Source: a virus (taxonomy: Duplodnaviria; Caudoviricetes). Taken from it: DNA of 62,931 bases. The notes under the pieces were generated by a model. It ran no database searches. It had not been told where the DNA came from and saw only the letters and a program-made list of their open reading frames with translations. The DNA lies in the IMG/VR virus record IMGVR_UViG_3300017782_000013, positions 1 to 62,931 of that record; one strand, given 5' to 3'. Of this stretch, positions 54,549-62,931 are shown piece after piece. The position numbers and the translations under genes were made by a program. Every line of letters begins with the position of its first letter. The first letter of the stretch is position 1.

Positions 54549-54952
54549 ACGTAAAATATGTGCCAGTAGAACTATTACACCAGTATTGGAACAAAGTAGG
54601 AGGGTATTTACAAGCTGGTCTTGACAAAACAAACGGAGAATATGAACTCGCACATTTAAAAGTTTACTTAGGCACAGGTATGCACAGTTTATATATAGCG
54701 GAAGAAGACGAAGAGGTAAAAGGTGCGGCTAGTGTAAATTTTATAAACTATCCAAACCATAGAATAGCTTATATAATAAGCCTAGGAGGTAAGATGGTAG
54801 CTAATCCAGAAACTTGGTCTAATTTTGCTGAGTTACTAAAATTAGCAGGTGCTACAAAATGTCAAGGTTGTACTTTAGACTCTACAACAAGATTATGGGA
54901 GTCAAAGACAGGCTTTAGAAAGATATATTCTGTAGTTGAAAAAGATATTTAG
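54545..54952 (+). CDS. GNAT-fold-like protein of the ejection module
   Basis: GA......YP......I..LGG...RLW...GF...Y; position before the ejection gene. Confidence 0.55.
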   Translation: MNVKYVPVELLHQYWNKVGGYLQAGLDKTNGEYELAHLKVYLGTGMHSLYIAEEDEEVKGAASVNFINYPNHRIAYIISLGGKMVANPETWSNFAELLKLAGATKCQGCTLDSTTRLWESKTGFRKIYSVVEKDI

Positions 54953-54961
54953 GAGAATGAT

Positions 54962-55717
54962 ATGTCAGGTGGTGGCGGAGGAACACAAGTACAAACAAAT
55001 ATACCCCCATTCTTAGAAGGCCCAACGAAAAAAGTTGTAGGTGCTGCTGATGAATTAGTTTTTGGAGAGGGTTCTGGTTTTACTCCATATGACCCTTATC
55101 AAGCAATTGCTCCTTTAAGCCAATCTCAAAGAATGGGTATTGGCGAAACACAGGGTTTAGGACAACAAGCAAGATTTACTCCAGAAGCAGCTCAATATTA
55201 CATGAACCCGTACCAACAATCGGTAACGGATATAGCAAAAAGAGAAGCTGTGCAAGATGGTCGAATGATGGAAAGAGACTTGCGTGAAAAAGCCGCTAGG
55301 GCTGACTCTTTTGGCAATTCAAGAATGGGTCTTGCAGAAGGGCAAGTAAGAGCAGATTTAGGTAAAAGACTAGATGATATTCAAGTAAGAGGTAATCAAG
55401 CTGCATATAAAGATGCACAAGCTATGTTTGGTGCAGACCGTGCTGAAACATATAATAGGATAAAAGCGTTAGGTAATGCTGGACAACTTGAAAGAGGTAT
55501 ACAACAAGACCTACGAGACTTTTCATACGGACAGTTTCAAGATGCACAAGATTATGATTTTGACAGATTAGAAAGATTACGAGCCATAATTAGTGGAGTG
55601 CCATACAGCAGTATGCAACAAACACAAACATCAAGTCCATCTGCTATGAGTCAAATTGCTGGTCTAGGTATAGCTGCAGCGGGGGCTTATCCATATTTTG
55701 GGGGTAGAAGGTCATGA
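54962..55717 (+). CDS. Internal virion / DNA ejection protein
   Basis: MSGGGGG; YMNPYQQ.V; FG.SR; Gln/Ala-rich; hydrophobic C-terminus. Confidence 0.72.
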   Translation: MSGGGGGTQVQTNIPPFLEGPTKKVVGAADELVFGEGSGFTPYDPYQAIAPLSQSQRMGIGETQGLGQQARFTPEAAQYYMNPYQQSVTDIAKREAVQDGRMMERDLREKAARADSFGNSRMGLAEGQVRADLGKRLDDIQVRGNQAAYKDAQAMFGADRAETYNRIKALGNAGQLERGIQQDLRDFSYGQFQDAQDYDFDRLERLRAIISGVPYSSMQQTQTSSPSAMSQIAGLGIAAAGAYPYFGGRRS

Positions 55718-57012
55718 TAACAGCAGGCGATTCTTCAAATTTAGTAAAAATAGCCGATAATTTAAAGGGTCTGACAGATAATGCTTTAGAGCGAGAAAAA
55801 CAAAACCCGCATGGGTTTGCTCCTGCATACATGATTGTGTCAGAACAAGGAAGAAGAAAAAAATTACGAGACAAATATCCTGGCGACCCGCAAACAACTG
55901 TAGCACAAGATTTATCTATGGCTACACAAGCCTATCAAGGGCAAGATGTTTTGACAGGCATAATGGCAGGTGGTCAACCACCTATGATGCAACAACCACA
56001 AATGGCTGCTGAAGGCGGTCTTATGGGTTATAACGAAGGTGGTATTATAGGTTACGCTAACGGCACTCAACCAGGTGCGGTTCCTGAAGAAGAAGAAGAA
56101 GAACGTATGTCAGGACTTGCAAGGTTATTACAAGGCCCAGAAGGTGCTAGAGAAAGATACGAAGAGAATCAAGCTCGTATACGGGAAAGACAAAAACTTG
56201 CAAATGAAGGTTTTGGACAAGGTTTTTTTGCAGGTTTATTTAAAAATGAAACGGATGCTGAGTATCAGGCAAGAATAGCAAAAAATAAAGAACGTGACCA
56301 AGCTCTAGCTGATACATACAAGATACCAGGTAAATCTAAAAAAGATGCAAAAGAAGCAGTAGTTGATAAAACTAAAAAAAGTACAGATACAGGTACAGGT
56401 ACAGGTACAGGTACAGGTACAGGCAAAAGTACAGGTATAAAAGGAGGTCAACCAAAGGGAGGTCAACCAATACCACCGCCTAATCCTTTTGCAGAGTTAT
56501 TAAAACAAGAGTATGAAATGAGTAAAAAAGCCTATACTGATGCTCAAAATCAAAGAGATATGTCAAAACAGTTAGGTTTAATGGGTTTTGGTCTTAATCT
56601 TGCACAAACAGGAAGTCTTGCTAAAGCAGGTATAGCTGGTTTAGACCAGTTTAAAGGTGAGAAAGATAAACAAAGAAAAATACTTTCTGGACTTGCTAAA
56701 GATAGGTCTGCTTCTGCTAAAACTTACGCTAGTGGAATGTTAGATGTAGAAAAACTAGGATTAGACCGACGTAAACTTGCACAAACCGCTAAATTTAATG
56801 CAGAAAAAATTAAAACCGAATGGGCAAAAGCTAATTCTACTTCAGATAAAAATGAAGTATTAGGTGCTGCAGAAATACTAGAGAACGCAAGAACAGACGG
56901 AAAATTTATTACTTACGCAGAAGCTGTAAAACAATATAGAAACACAGCTGGGAGGCGAACAAAACCCATAGGGAGAGACGAAACTCGTAACCTAAGTTTA
57001 GGAATAGCTTAA
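55714..57012 (+). CDS. Internal virion / DNA ejection protein
   Basis: AAEGGLMGYNEGGIIGYANG repeats, GT linker, LMGFGLNLA segment. Confidence 0.7.
   Translation: MITAGDSSNLVKIADNLKGLTDNALEREKQNPHGFAPAYMIVSEQGRRKKLRDKYPGDPQTTVAQDLSMATQAYQGQDVLTGIMAGGQPPMMQQPQMAAEGGLMGYNEGGIIGYANGTQPGAVPEEEEEERMSGLARLLQGPEGARERYEENQARIRERQKLANEGFGQGFFAGLFKNETDAEYQARIAKNKERDQALADTYKIPGKSKKDAKEAVVDKTKKSTDTGTGTGTGTGTGKSTGIKGGQPKGGQPIPPPNPFAELLKQEYEMSKKAYTDAQNQRDMSKQLGLMGFGLNLAQTGSLAKAGIAGLDQFKGEKDKQRKILSGLAKDRSASAKTYASGMLDVEKLGLDRRKLAQTAKFNAEKIKTEWAKANSTSDKNEVLGAAEILENARTDGKFITYAEAVKQYRNTAGRRTKPIGRDETRNLSLGIA
56389..56423 (+). repeat. Coding hexamer tandem repeat (ACAGGT)n encoding a TG linker
   Basis: About six consecutive ACAGGT/ACAGGC units. 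Confidence 0.8.
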
Positions 57013-60000
57013 ATGTCGTATAATTTAAAAGGGTATGAGTTTGAAGATGATGTCCCTGAAGAGGAGGCAATACAGTACCTAAAATCAATGGGTATATCGG
57101 CAGGGCAATCTCAAGAGGGGGCTGATACCAGTCTTTTTAGAGATATTGGTGGCTCTTTAGTAGGTGGTCTTGGTTCTTTGGTTGAACTTGGCGGTGCTGG
57201 TTTAGGTTTAGCAACAGGTAGCGACCCCGAAAATATACTTACAAAAGCTGGTGGTGGTATAAGAGATTTTGCGAGAGATACTATACAATCAGAGGGGTTT
57301 CGCCAACAAAGAGATGAAGTAGAACAAAGATTAGCAGAGCTGGGTGATAAAGAATTAGGTAAACAAATTAGTGGTACTTTAGGGGAATTGTTTACTAACC
57401 CTTACTATTTACTTAATTTGGGAGTCGAACAAGCTCCACAATTACTGGGTGGTGCAGGTGCAGGTCTAGCCGCTAGAGGACTTATAAGAAGTGCTGCTAA
57501 GAAAGAATTTAGAGATACGAAACAGATACCTTCTTTAACAAAAGAACAAAAACAAAAATATGACGAAATACTAAATACAAAGAAAAAGAAAGGCGACAAA
57601 GTATCCCCTGAGAAAAAAGCTGAAAATTATTTAAACAGAGTGACGCAAAAGTCTGGAGTCGGAAAATTTGATGCTGGTGATATAGGAAACGTAGCTGCAG
57701 CTCGTACAGGTATAGGAGCAGCAGGTGCTTTACAAGGTGCAGATGTAGCTAAAAACACTTACGATGAAATTATGGGGTTGCCACCTGAAACTCTTTCAGA
57801 ATATCCAGAATACTTAGAGTTAATAAATCAAGGTTTATCAGGAGAACAAGCACAAAAAGAAATAGCTACAAGACAAGCTAGAGATTCGTTTGTAAAAGCT
57901 GGTTTGTTATCTCTTGGTACAGCAAGTCTTTTACCTAACACTCTAGAGAAAGGTTTATTTAGAGGATTTGGCGACACAGGTAGACTTAAAGGTGCTGGAA
58001 AAGGTGCGTTTATGGAAGGTCTACAAGAGACAGCCGAGGAGGGTGGCGGTGCGTTAATTACAGGTTTTAATGTGCAAGATGTAGACCCAACTCGTGACCC
58101 ATATCAAGGTGTAGGTGTTGCAGGAACAATGGGCGGTACATTAGGTGGTTTCTTTGGTTTAGGTGCAGGTGCTATTAGAGGCCCACAAGTAGAACCTAAA
58201 AAACCAGAAGAAAAGAAACTTGAAGAACCAAAACAACTTGGATTTACGCAAAAAACGGCTGGAGAAAATCCAGGTGTATTAGTCGGTGGGGTAAATCCTT
58301 TATCTGTTGACGAGAGAAGAGAAATTGCAAATATTTTAAAAACACCGAAACTTATAAAAGAATACGCAGAAAAAAACAAACTTACTGAAGTACAAGCTAG
58401 ACAAGAGTTAAAAGAACAATTAAGCAAGGGGGTAACAAATGTTACAGCCGAAACGAAAACCAATAGTACTAAAGACGTGGGTAATGACGGACTTAGAACT
58501 AAGCCAAATGTGGATGTACCTACTGGAGGGGCGGAAACTACCACGGAAACTAAAGATGCTGGCAGAGGAAAATCAGGTAGTGTTACTGGAAATGTTGAAG
58601 GAGGAACTGGAGGAACTAAAGGAGTCAACAATACATTAAAAGGTAAAAAACCATTTGTACCATCACCAAGACAAGTATTATATCAAGCCTCAAGACAAAA
58701 AGTTCTTAGCCAAGCAGAACCAACAACTGACGTTGAACAAAACAATGATATAAATAATCAAGAAGCACTATTGGAAAATGATGAACGAGCAATAACTGAA
58801 GGCGACCCAACAGAAACTAAAGATAAAAAAGACACAGGTAAAAAAGGCAAAGGCAAAGGCACAGGCAAAGGCACAGGCAAAGGCAATATGATGCTTGCCA
58901 AAGGTACTCCAGTAATTACTGACCAAGGTATAGTTAATTCTACAAACGGTGCTACAAGCGTTGCTCCTGCGATATCAAAAATAGAAACTATAAGACAAAA
59001 GGCTTTAAGAGACACTAAAAATATTGCTGCTAAACAAAACCATAAAGCAGCACCTATAACAAAAAAAACTGACGCAGAGCAAGATGCTGAAGCAAAGTTA
59101 GAAGCGGAAAATTTAAAAAGAGAAAGATTAGCAAAACAATTTGACGATAGAATAGAGCAAAAAAGAAGAGCAGGAGATAGTAGCGAACCTGATGTGTTGT
59201 CGTCTTTTCAAAGTAGTTCTAAAAAAACATTTCAGTTTAAAAACGATGTACGAAATGAAGATGAAAATTTAAACGATATATTTGACAAAGCAAAAGGGAC
59301 AGAGGGGTTTCTTAACAAACTAACGAATTATATAAGAAACGAAGAAGGTAACGATAAACAAGCCGACACGCTTGTACAAATAAGACCTTTTTTAAAAGAC
59401 GTAACTATAGAAAGATTATCTGATAAAAGTCCAAAAGATGTTATTAAGTTTATGGCAGATAATAAAGCTCATGGAACAATAGTTTATAATTCTGAAACTG
59501 GAAAATCTAAAATATTTTTAAATTCTAATTCAGGGATGAACGCTACAACAATACTACACGAGTTAATTCACGCTGCTACTATAAAAAGAATTTCTGTTGC
59601 TCAAAGAATAAAAAAGAATAAAAAGTTAGAAAAATCTGTTGGTAAAAATAATACTTTACTAAAATCATATGAGGCTTTACAAACTACGCTGTCGGCTTTA
59701 AGAACTTACGTAAAAGACCAATTGATAGACCCTAAAACTGGTAGACCAACAGGTAAAATAAAAACTGATAAAAATTCTACACTTATAACTAAACTTATAG
59801 CAAAAGTACAAACTTCTGTTCAAAACAACGCAAAATTAAATGAACAAATAGAAGCGGTTAATGACGACATTAACTCAATTACAAAAAACGTTTCTGAAAG
59901 ACAACTACAAGAATTATTTGCGGGAGAAAAAACAAATAAAGACCTACAAAAAGAACTTGAACTTAATGAAGACCAAGTTAAGGAACTACAAAAATTACGA

Positions 60001-62931
60001 AAAGAAAAACAAAAATTAGAAGCACAATTAGAGTCAAACATTTTTAGAAATACTGCTTTTGAAAATACTCATGAGCTTGTAGCTTATGCTATGTCAGACC
60101 CTCTATTTCAATCTTTCTTAAAAAATAAACAAATAATGAGGACTGATTTAGGCCCAATATTAGACCCAAAAACTGGGGAAAGACTGACTCAAGAAACTAG
60201 AGACAACGCACCTCCTTTTTATGAATCTCAGCGAAAGCAATTAGAAAAAGAAGGTATGGTAAACATTAGTTTATTTAAAAAACTTTTTGACGCAATATTT
60301 AGTATGTTGGGTTTAAGGTATACTTCAAAACTTGTTACTAAAAGAAGATTAGGAGACGACCCTGGCGGTGTATTTTATAGTCAAGACGCAATGTCTATAA
60401 TTTCAAATCAGTTTGAAATTTTGTTAGCAATAGAAGATAGTAAATTAGATAAAGTTGTTAAAGATGCAGAAGTAGAAGTGCCAGGTGCAATGGCATTAAA
60501 CCAAATAACTTTAGCTCAAGCTATGGCGAGTACACCTATAAGAATGTTTGGTTCTGACGGTAATGTAGTTAATTTAGGTGGTAAACAAAATCACCCAGCA
60601 CAGACACCGTATGGTATTTCTAAATTATTTGATAGGTTTTATGGCGACCAAAAAGAATCAACTATAAATAAATTTATACAAAAATTTGTAAACGATAGAG
60701 TATATGCTAAAGCTAAAGAAGAAGAAATTACAAACAATGGTGACGCTAAATTTGAAAATGAATTAGGAGATAATGGTTATAACTTAGTCTTTACAGCTTT
60801 AACTAATATGAATGGATTAGCTGAAGGAGATTATTTAAAAGATGTAAAAGGTTTGTCAGATGAAGTAGAATCTATATTAGAAGAAATAGTTGACTTAAAA
60901 GGTAGCGATTCAGAAACAGCTATGTCGCACATTAACAATGTCATGACTGCTCTGCATGATAAAGAAAGACGAGTTGTGAATAAAATGCTTTATTCTAAAC
61001 TAACTGAGACTAATGAAAAAAGAAGAGCAGAAATAATGGCAGAAATATATGATGGCGATACAGAAATAAGTAATGAAAGAATTGACCAACTAAGAGCAGA
61101 GTTAGAACAAATAATACAAAACGACCCAGAAGCTCAAAAATATGATTTTGATAATGACAGATACCAAGTGTCGCATTTAAAACCTTCTCAAAGAGACCAA
61201 ATATTAGACTTATATGAAAAAGATACAGAAATAAAAGAACAAATAGATAACATACGAGATGCGATAAAAAAACTTAATGGTACAAAAGAAACAGATGGGG
61301 TGACAATAAGTTTAAATAAAGCAGGTAATTATTGGTCAAAGCCTGTTGATAGAATTAAAAGACTATACGGTTTTGACAACTATGTACCATTAAAAGGGCT
61401 ACCACAAAACGAAGATAAAACCGATATGTTTAATTTTAGCTCAAGAAAAATATCTGGAGAACTTCAAGATAGAGTAACAGCTATGGAAGGTAGAACATCT
61501 GAGTCCGATAATGTTTTAACTAGAAGTTTTGTTGACGCTTCACAAGCTACACTAAGAAAACACAAAAATCCTGTTACTCTTGCAGTTCATAATTTAGTAG
61601 CCCAAAAAAAAGTTGAAGGAACTATCGAAAGAATATCTTTTAAACAAAGAGCAACAACAAAAGATTTTGACAAGTTTAAAAATCCAGAATACATATTTCA
61701 CTACGCAGAAAACGGAGATGTTTTATTAGTAAAAATAAAAGATAAAAATTTTAGAGAATCTGTTAGAAGAACATATAGAGAGACAAACCCATTACTAGAT
61801 ACTTTAAATGGCATGACCGCAAAGATGGGGCAGTTTCACACAAGGTATAATCCAAACTTCCCATTTTTAAACTATATAAGAGACTTACTAACAAACGCAT
61901 TTATTTTTGGAGCAGAGTACGGCCCTGGTGCCGCATTTAATATTATTAAAAAAATGACAATGGAGTCTGGCACTCACTTACATAAAACATTTACGTTTGC
62001 TCGTTTATATAATGGTGGAAAGGTTGAAGAAGCCTATAAGTATTTAGAAGATAGTGGCGACCCGTTTATGGTGAACTTAGCAGAATATATAAGAGGGGGT
62101 GGAAGAATTGCGTATCTTCAAGGTTTAACAACCGATAATAAAACTTCTCAATTTGAAGAGGCTTTGCCAACAGGTGGTGCTCTTGGAGAAACTGGAGTAA
62201 AACTATCTAAAGCAGGGCGAAAGTTAAGTAACGGTTTTGATATATGGATGGACACTTTTGAATTAACAGCTAGGTCGATTGCTTATTCAGAAGCTAAAAA
62301 ACAAATTCAAGCAGAAAACATTGAACAAGGTAGACCACCAATACCTCCAAAGATATTACAAGAAAGAGCCACAGCTTACGCAAAAAATTTAGCTAACTTT
62401 GAACAAACAGGAGAGTATGGAAAAGCCATAGGTGCATTTGCCATGTTCTTTAGACCATCTGCTACAGGTGCTTTACGTTCAGCCGAAGCAATTATGAAAG
62501 GCAAACATGGTGGTAAAATGGCATTGGTTCTATTAGGTGCTGGAGCATCTACTTATTTAATGTCATTAGCTGCAGCGGGAGAAGATGAACAAGGTAGAAA
62601 TACAGTTGCTAATGACGATATGACGAGGTGGACAAGATATTGGAGAATACATCTTGGAGACGACAAAGTTTTACAAATACCGTATGGATTCGGTAATGGC
62701 GGACTTCTAGCAGCAGGGGCACAATTAGCGGCTCTTCTATCAGGTAATCAAACAAATGCAAGTACAATATTTGAAAACGTAGCAAGGATTGCACAGGACT
62801 CGTATTTCCCAATACCTATTTCACAAATAAGTCCGTTTGAAAATCCTAGTGCTTTTTTAGCTGATACTATTACGCCTTCAATTGGTAAGCCTCTTGTTCA
62901 GTTTGGTATGAACGTAAGTGGGCTGGGGTAC
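57013..62931 (+). CDS. Giant internal/ejection polyvalent protein (zincin-like metallopeptidase + LPD38-like region); continues at 8-592 (not in track)
   Basis: ATG 57013 directly after the upstream stop; MSYNLKGYEFEDD...; HELIH at 59557-59571; later HELVAYAMSDPLFQ, YVPLKG, YNPNF...RD, NF...GE...MFF; frame still open at the window end. Confidence 0.85.
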   Translation, partial: MSYNLKGYEFEDDVPEEEAIQYLKSMGISAGQSQEGADTSLFRDIGGSLVGGLGSLVELGGAGLGLATGSDPENILTKAGGGIRDFARDTIQSEGFRQQRDEVEQRLAELGDKELGKQISGTLGELFTNPYYLLNLGVEQAPQLLGGAGAGLAARGLIRSAAKKEFRDTKQIPSLTKEQKQKYDEILNTKKKKGDKVSPEKKAENYLNRVTQKSGVGKFDAGDIGNVAAARTGIGAAGALQGADVAKNTYDEIMGLPPETLSEYPEYLELINQGLSGEQAQKEIATRQARDSFVKAGLLSLGTASLLPNTLEKGLFRGFGDTGRLKGAGKGAFMEGLQETAEEGGGALITGFNVQDVDPTRDPYQGVGVAGTMGGTLGGFFGLGAGAIRGPQVEPKKPEEKKLEEPKQLGFTQKTAGENPGVLVGGVNPLSVDERREIANILKTPKLIKEYAEKNKLTEVQARQELKEQLSKGVTNVTAETKTNSTKDVGNDGLRTKPNVDVPTGGAETTTETKDAGRGKSGSVTGNVEGGTGGTKGVNNTLKGKKPFVPSPRQVLYQASRQKVLSQAEPTTDVEQNNDINNQEALLENDERAITEGDPTETKDKKDTGKKGKGKGTGKGTGKGNMMLAKGTPVITDQGIVNSTNGATSVAPAISKIETIRQKALRDTKNIAAKQNHKAAPITKKTDAEQDAEAKLEAENLKRERLAKQFDDRIEQKRRAGDSSEPDVLSSFQSSSKKTFQFKNDVRNEDENLNDIFDKAKGTEGFLNKLTNYIRNEEGNDKQADTLVQIRPFLKDVTIERLSDKSPKDVIKFMADNKAHGTIVYNSETGKSKIFLNSNSGMNATTILHELIHAATIKRISVAQRIKKNKKLEKSVGKNNTLLKSYEALQTTLSALRTYVKDQLIDPKTGRPTGKIKTDKNSTLITKLIAKVQTSVQNNAKLNEQIEAVNDDINSITKNVSERQLQELFAGEKTNKDLQKELELNEDQVKELQKLRKEKQKLEAQLESNIFRNTAFENTHELVAYAMSDPLFQSFLKNKQIMRTDLGPILDPKTGERLTQETRDNAPPFYESQRKQLEKEGMVNISLFKKLFDAIFSMLGLRYTSKLVTKRRLGDDPGGVFYSQDAMSIISNQFEILLAIEDSKLDKVVKDAEVEVPGAMALNQITLAQAMASTPIRMFGSDGNVVNLGGKQNHPAQTPYGISKLFDRFYGDQKESTINKFIQKFVNDRVYAKAKEEEITNNGDAKFENELGDNGYNLVFTALTNMNGLAEGDYLKDVKGLSDEVESILEEIVDLKGSDSETAMSHINNVMTALHDKERRVVNKMLYSKLTETNEKRRAEIMAEIYDGDTEISNERIDQLRAELEQIIQNDPEAQKYDFDNDRYQVSHLKPSQRDQILDLYEKDTEIKEQIDNIRDAIKKLNGTKETDGVTISLNKAGNYWSKPVDRIKRLYGFDNYVPLKGLPQNEDKTDMFNFSSRKISGELQDRVTAMEGRTSESDNVLTRSFVDASQATLRKHKNPVTLAVHNLVAQKKVEGTIERISFKQRATTKDFDKFKNPEYIFHYAENGDVLLVKIKDKNFRESVRRTYRETNPLLDTLNGMTAKMGQFHTRYNPNFPFLNYIRDLLTNAFIFGAEYGPGAAFNIIKKMTMESGTHLHKTFTFARLYNGGKVEEAYKYLEDSGDPFMVNLAEYIRGGGRIAYLQGLTTDNKTSQFEEALPTGGALGETGVKLSKAGRKLSNGFDIWMDTFELTARSIAYSEAKKQIQAENIEQGRPPIPPKILQERATAYAKNLANFEQTGEYGKAIGAFAMFFRPSATGALRSAEAIMKGKHGGKMALVLLGAGASTYLMSLAAAGEDEQGRNTVANDDMTRWTRYWRIHLGDDKVLQIPYGFGNGGLLAAGAQLAALLSGNQTNASTIFENVARIAQDSYFPIPISQISPFENPSAFLADTITPSIGKPLVQFGMNVSGLGY

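Noticed and set aside
58843-58885. AAAGGC/ACAGGC tandem repeats
   Set aside because: In-frame hexamers encoding a KG/TG flexible linker; no sign of phase variation

Overview
This window looks like a complete, AT-rich, circularly closed tailed dsDNA phage genome of about 62.9 kb. The last 7 nt (GGGGTAC) equal the first 7 nt, and merging them joins 57013-62931 in frame with 2-592 into one ~2167-aa ORF that the supplied track missed. There are two divergent arms. The leftward arm (24.0 kb to 0.6 kb) carries early genes, including a DUF3150-like / MoxR-type AAA+ / metallopeptidase-vWA / 726-aa orphan module, followed by a DNA methyltransferase, VRR-NUC, family A DNA polymerase (Leu762 type), class II RNR, Cas4-like nuclease, SNF2 helicase, two SSB-like genes and a primase-helicase. 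The rightward arm (24.2 kb onward) carries terminase, portal, GroES-like protein, scaffold, major capsid protein, adaptors, several fibres, holin/endolysin, a P22 gp10-like protein and ejection proteins. I found no tape measure, tail tube, integrase, tRNA or CRISPR array, so a podovirus-like phage of an aquatic bacterium is inferred. The most interesting unexplained structure is as follows: four dispersed ACGGC-N6-GCCGT palindromes in the early arm; an iteron/inverted-repeat origin candidate; a 15-bp direct repeat bracketing a self-contained early unit whose 5' and 3' UTRs are complementary; an interlocked three-helix RNA candidate upstream of a capsid-associated gene; and a repeated C-terminal 'hook' + next-gene 'socket' architecture in the fibre genes. 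All family names come from motif recognition by eye, not from database searches.
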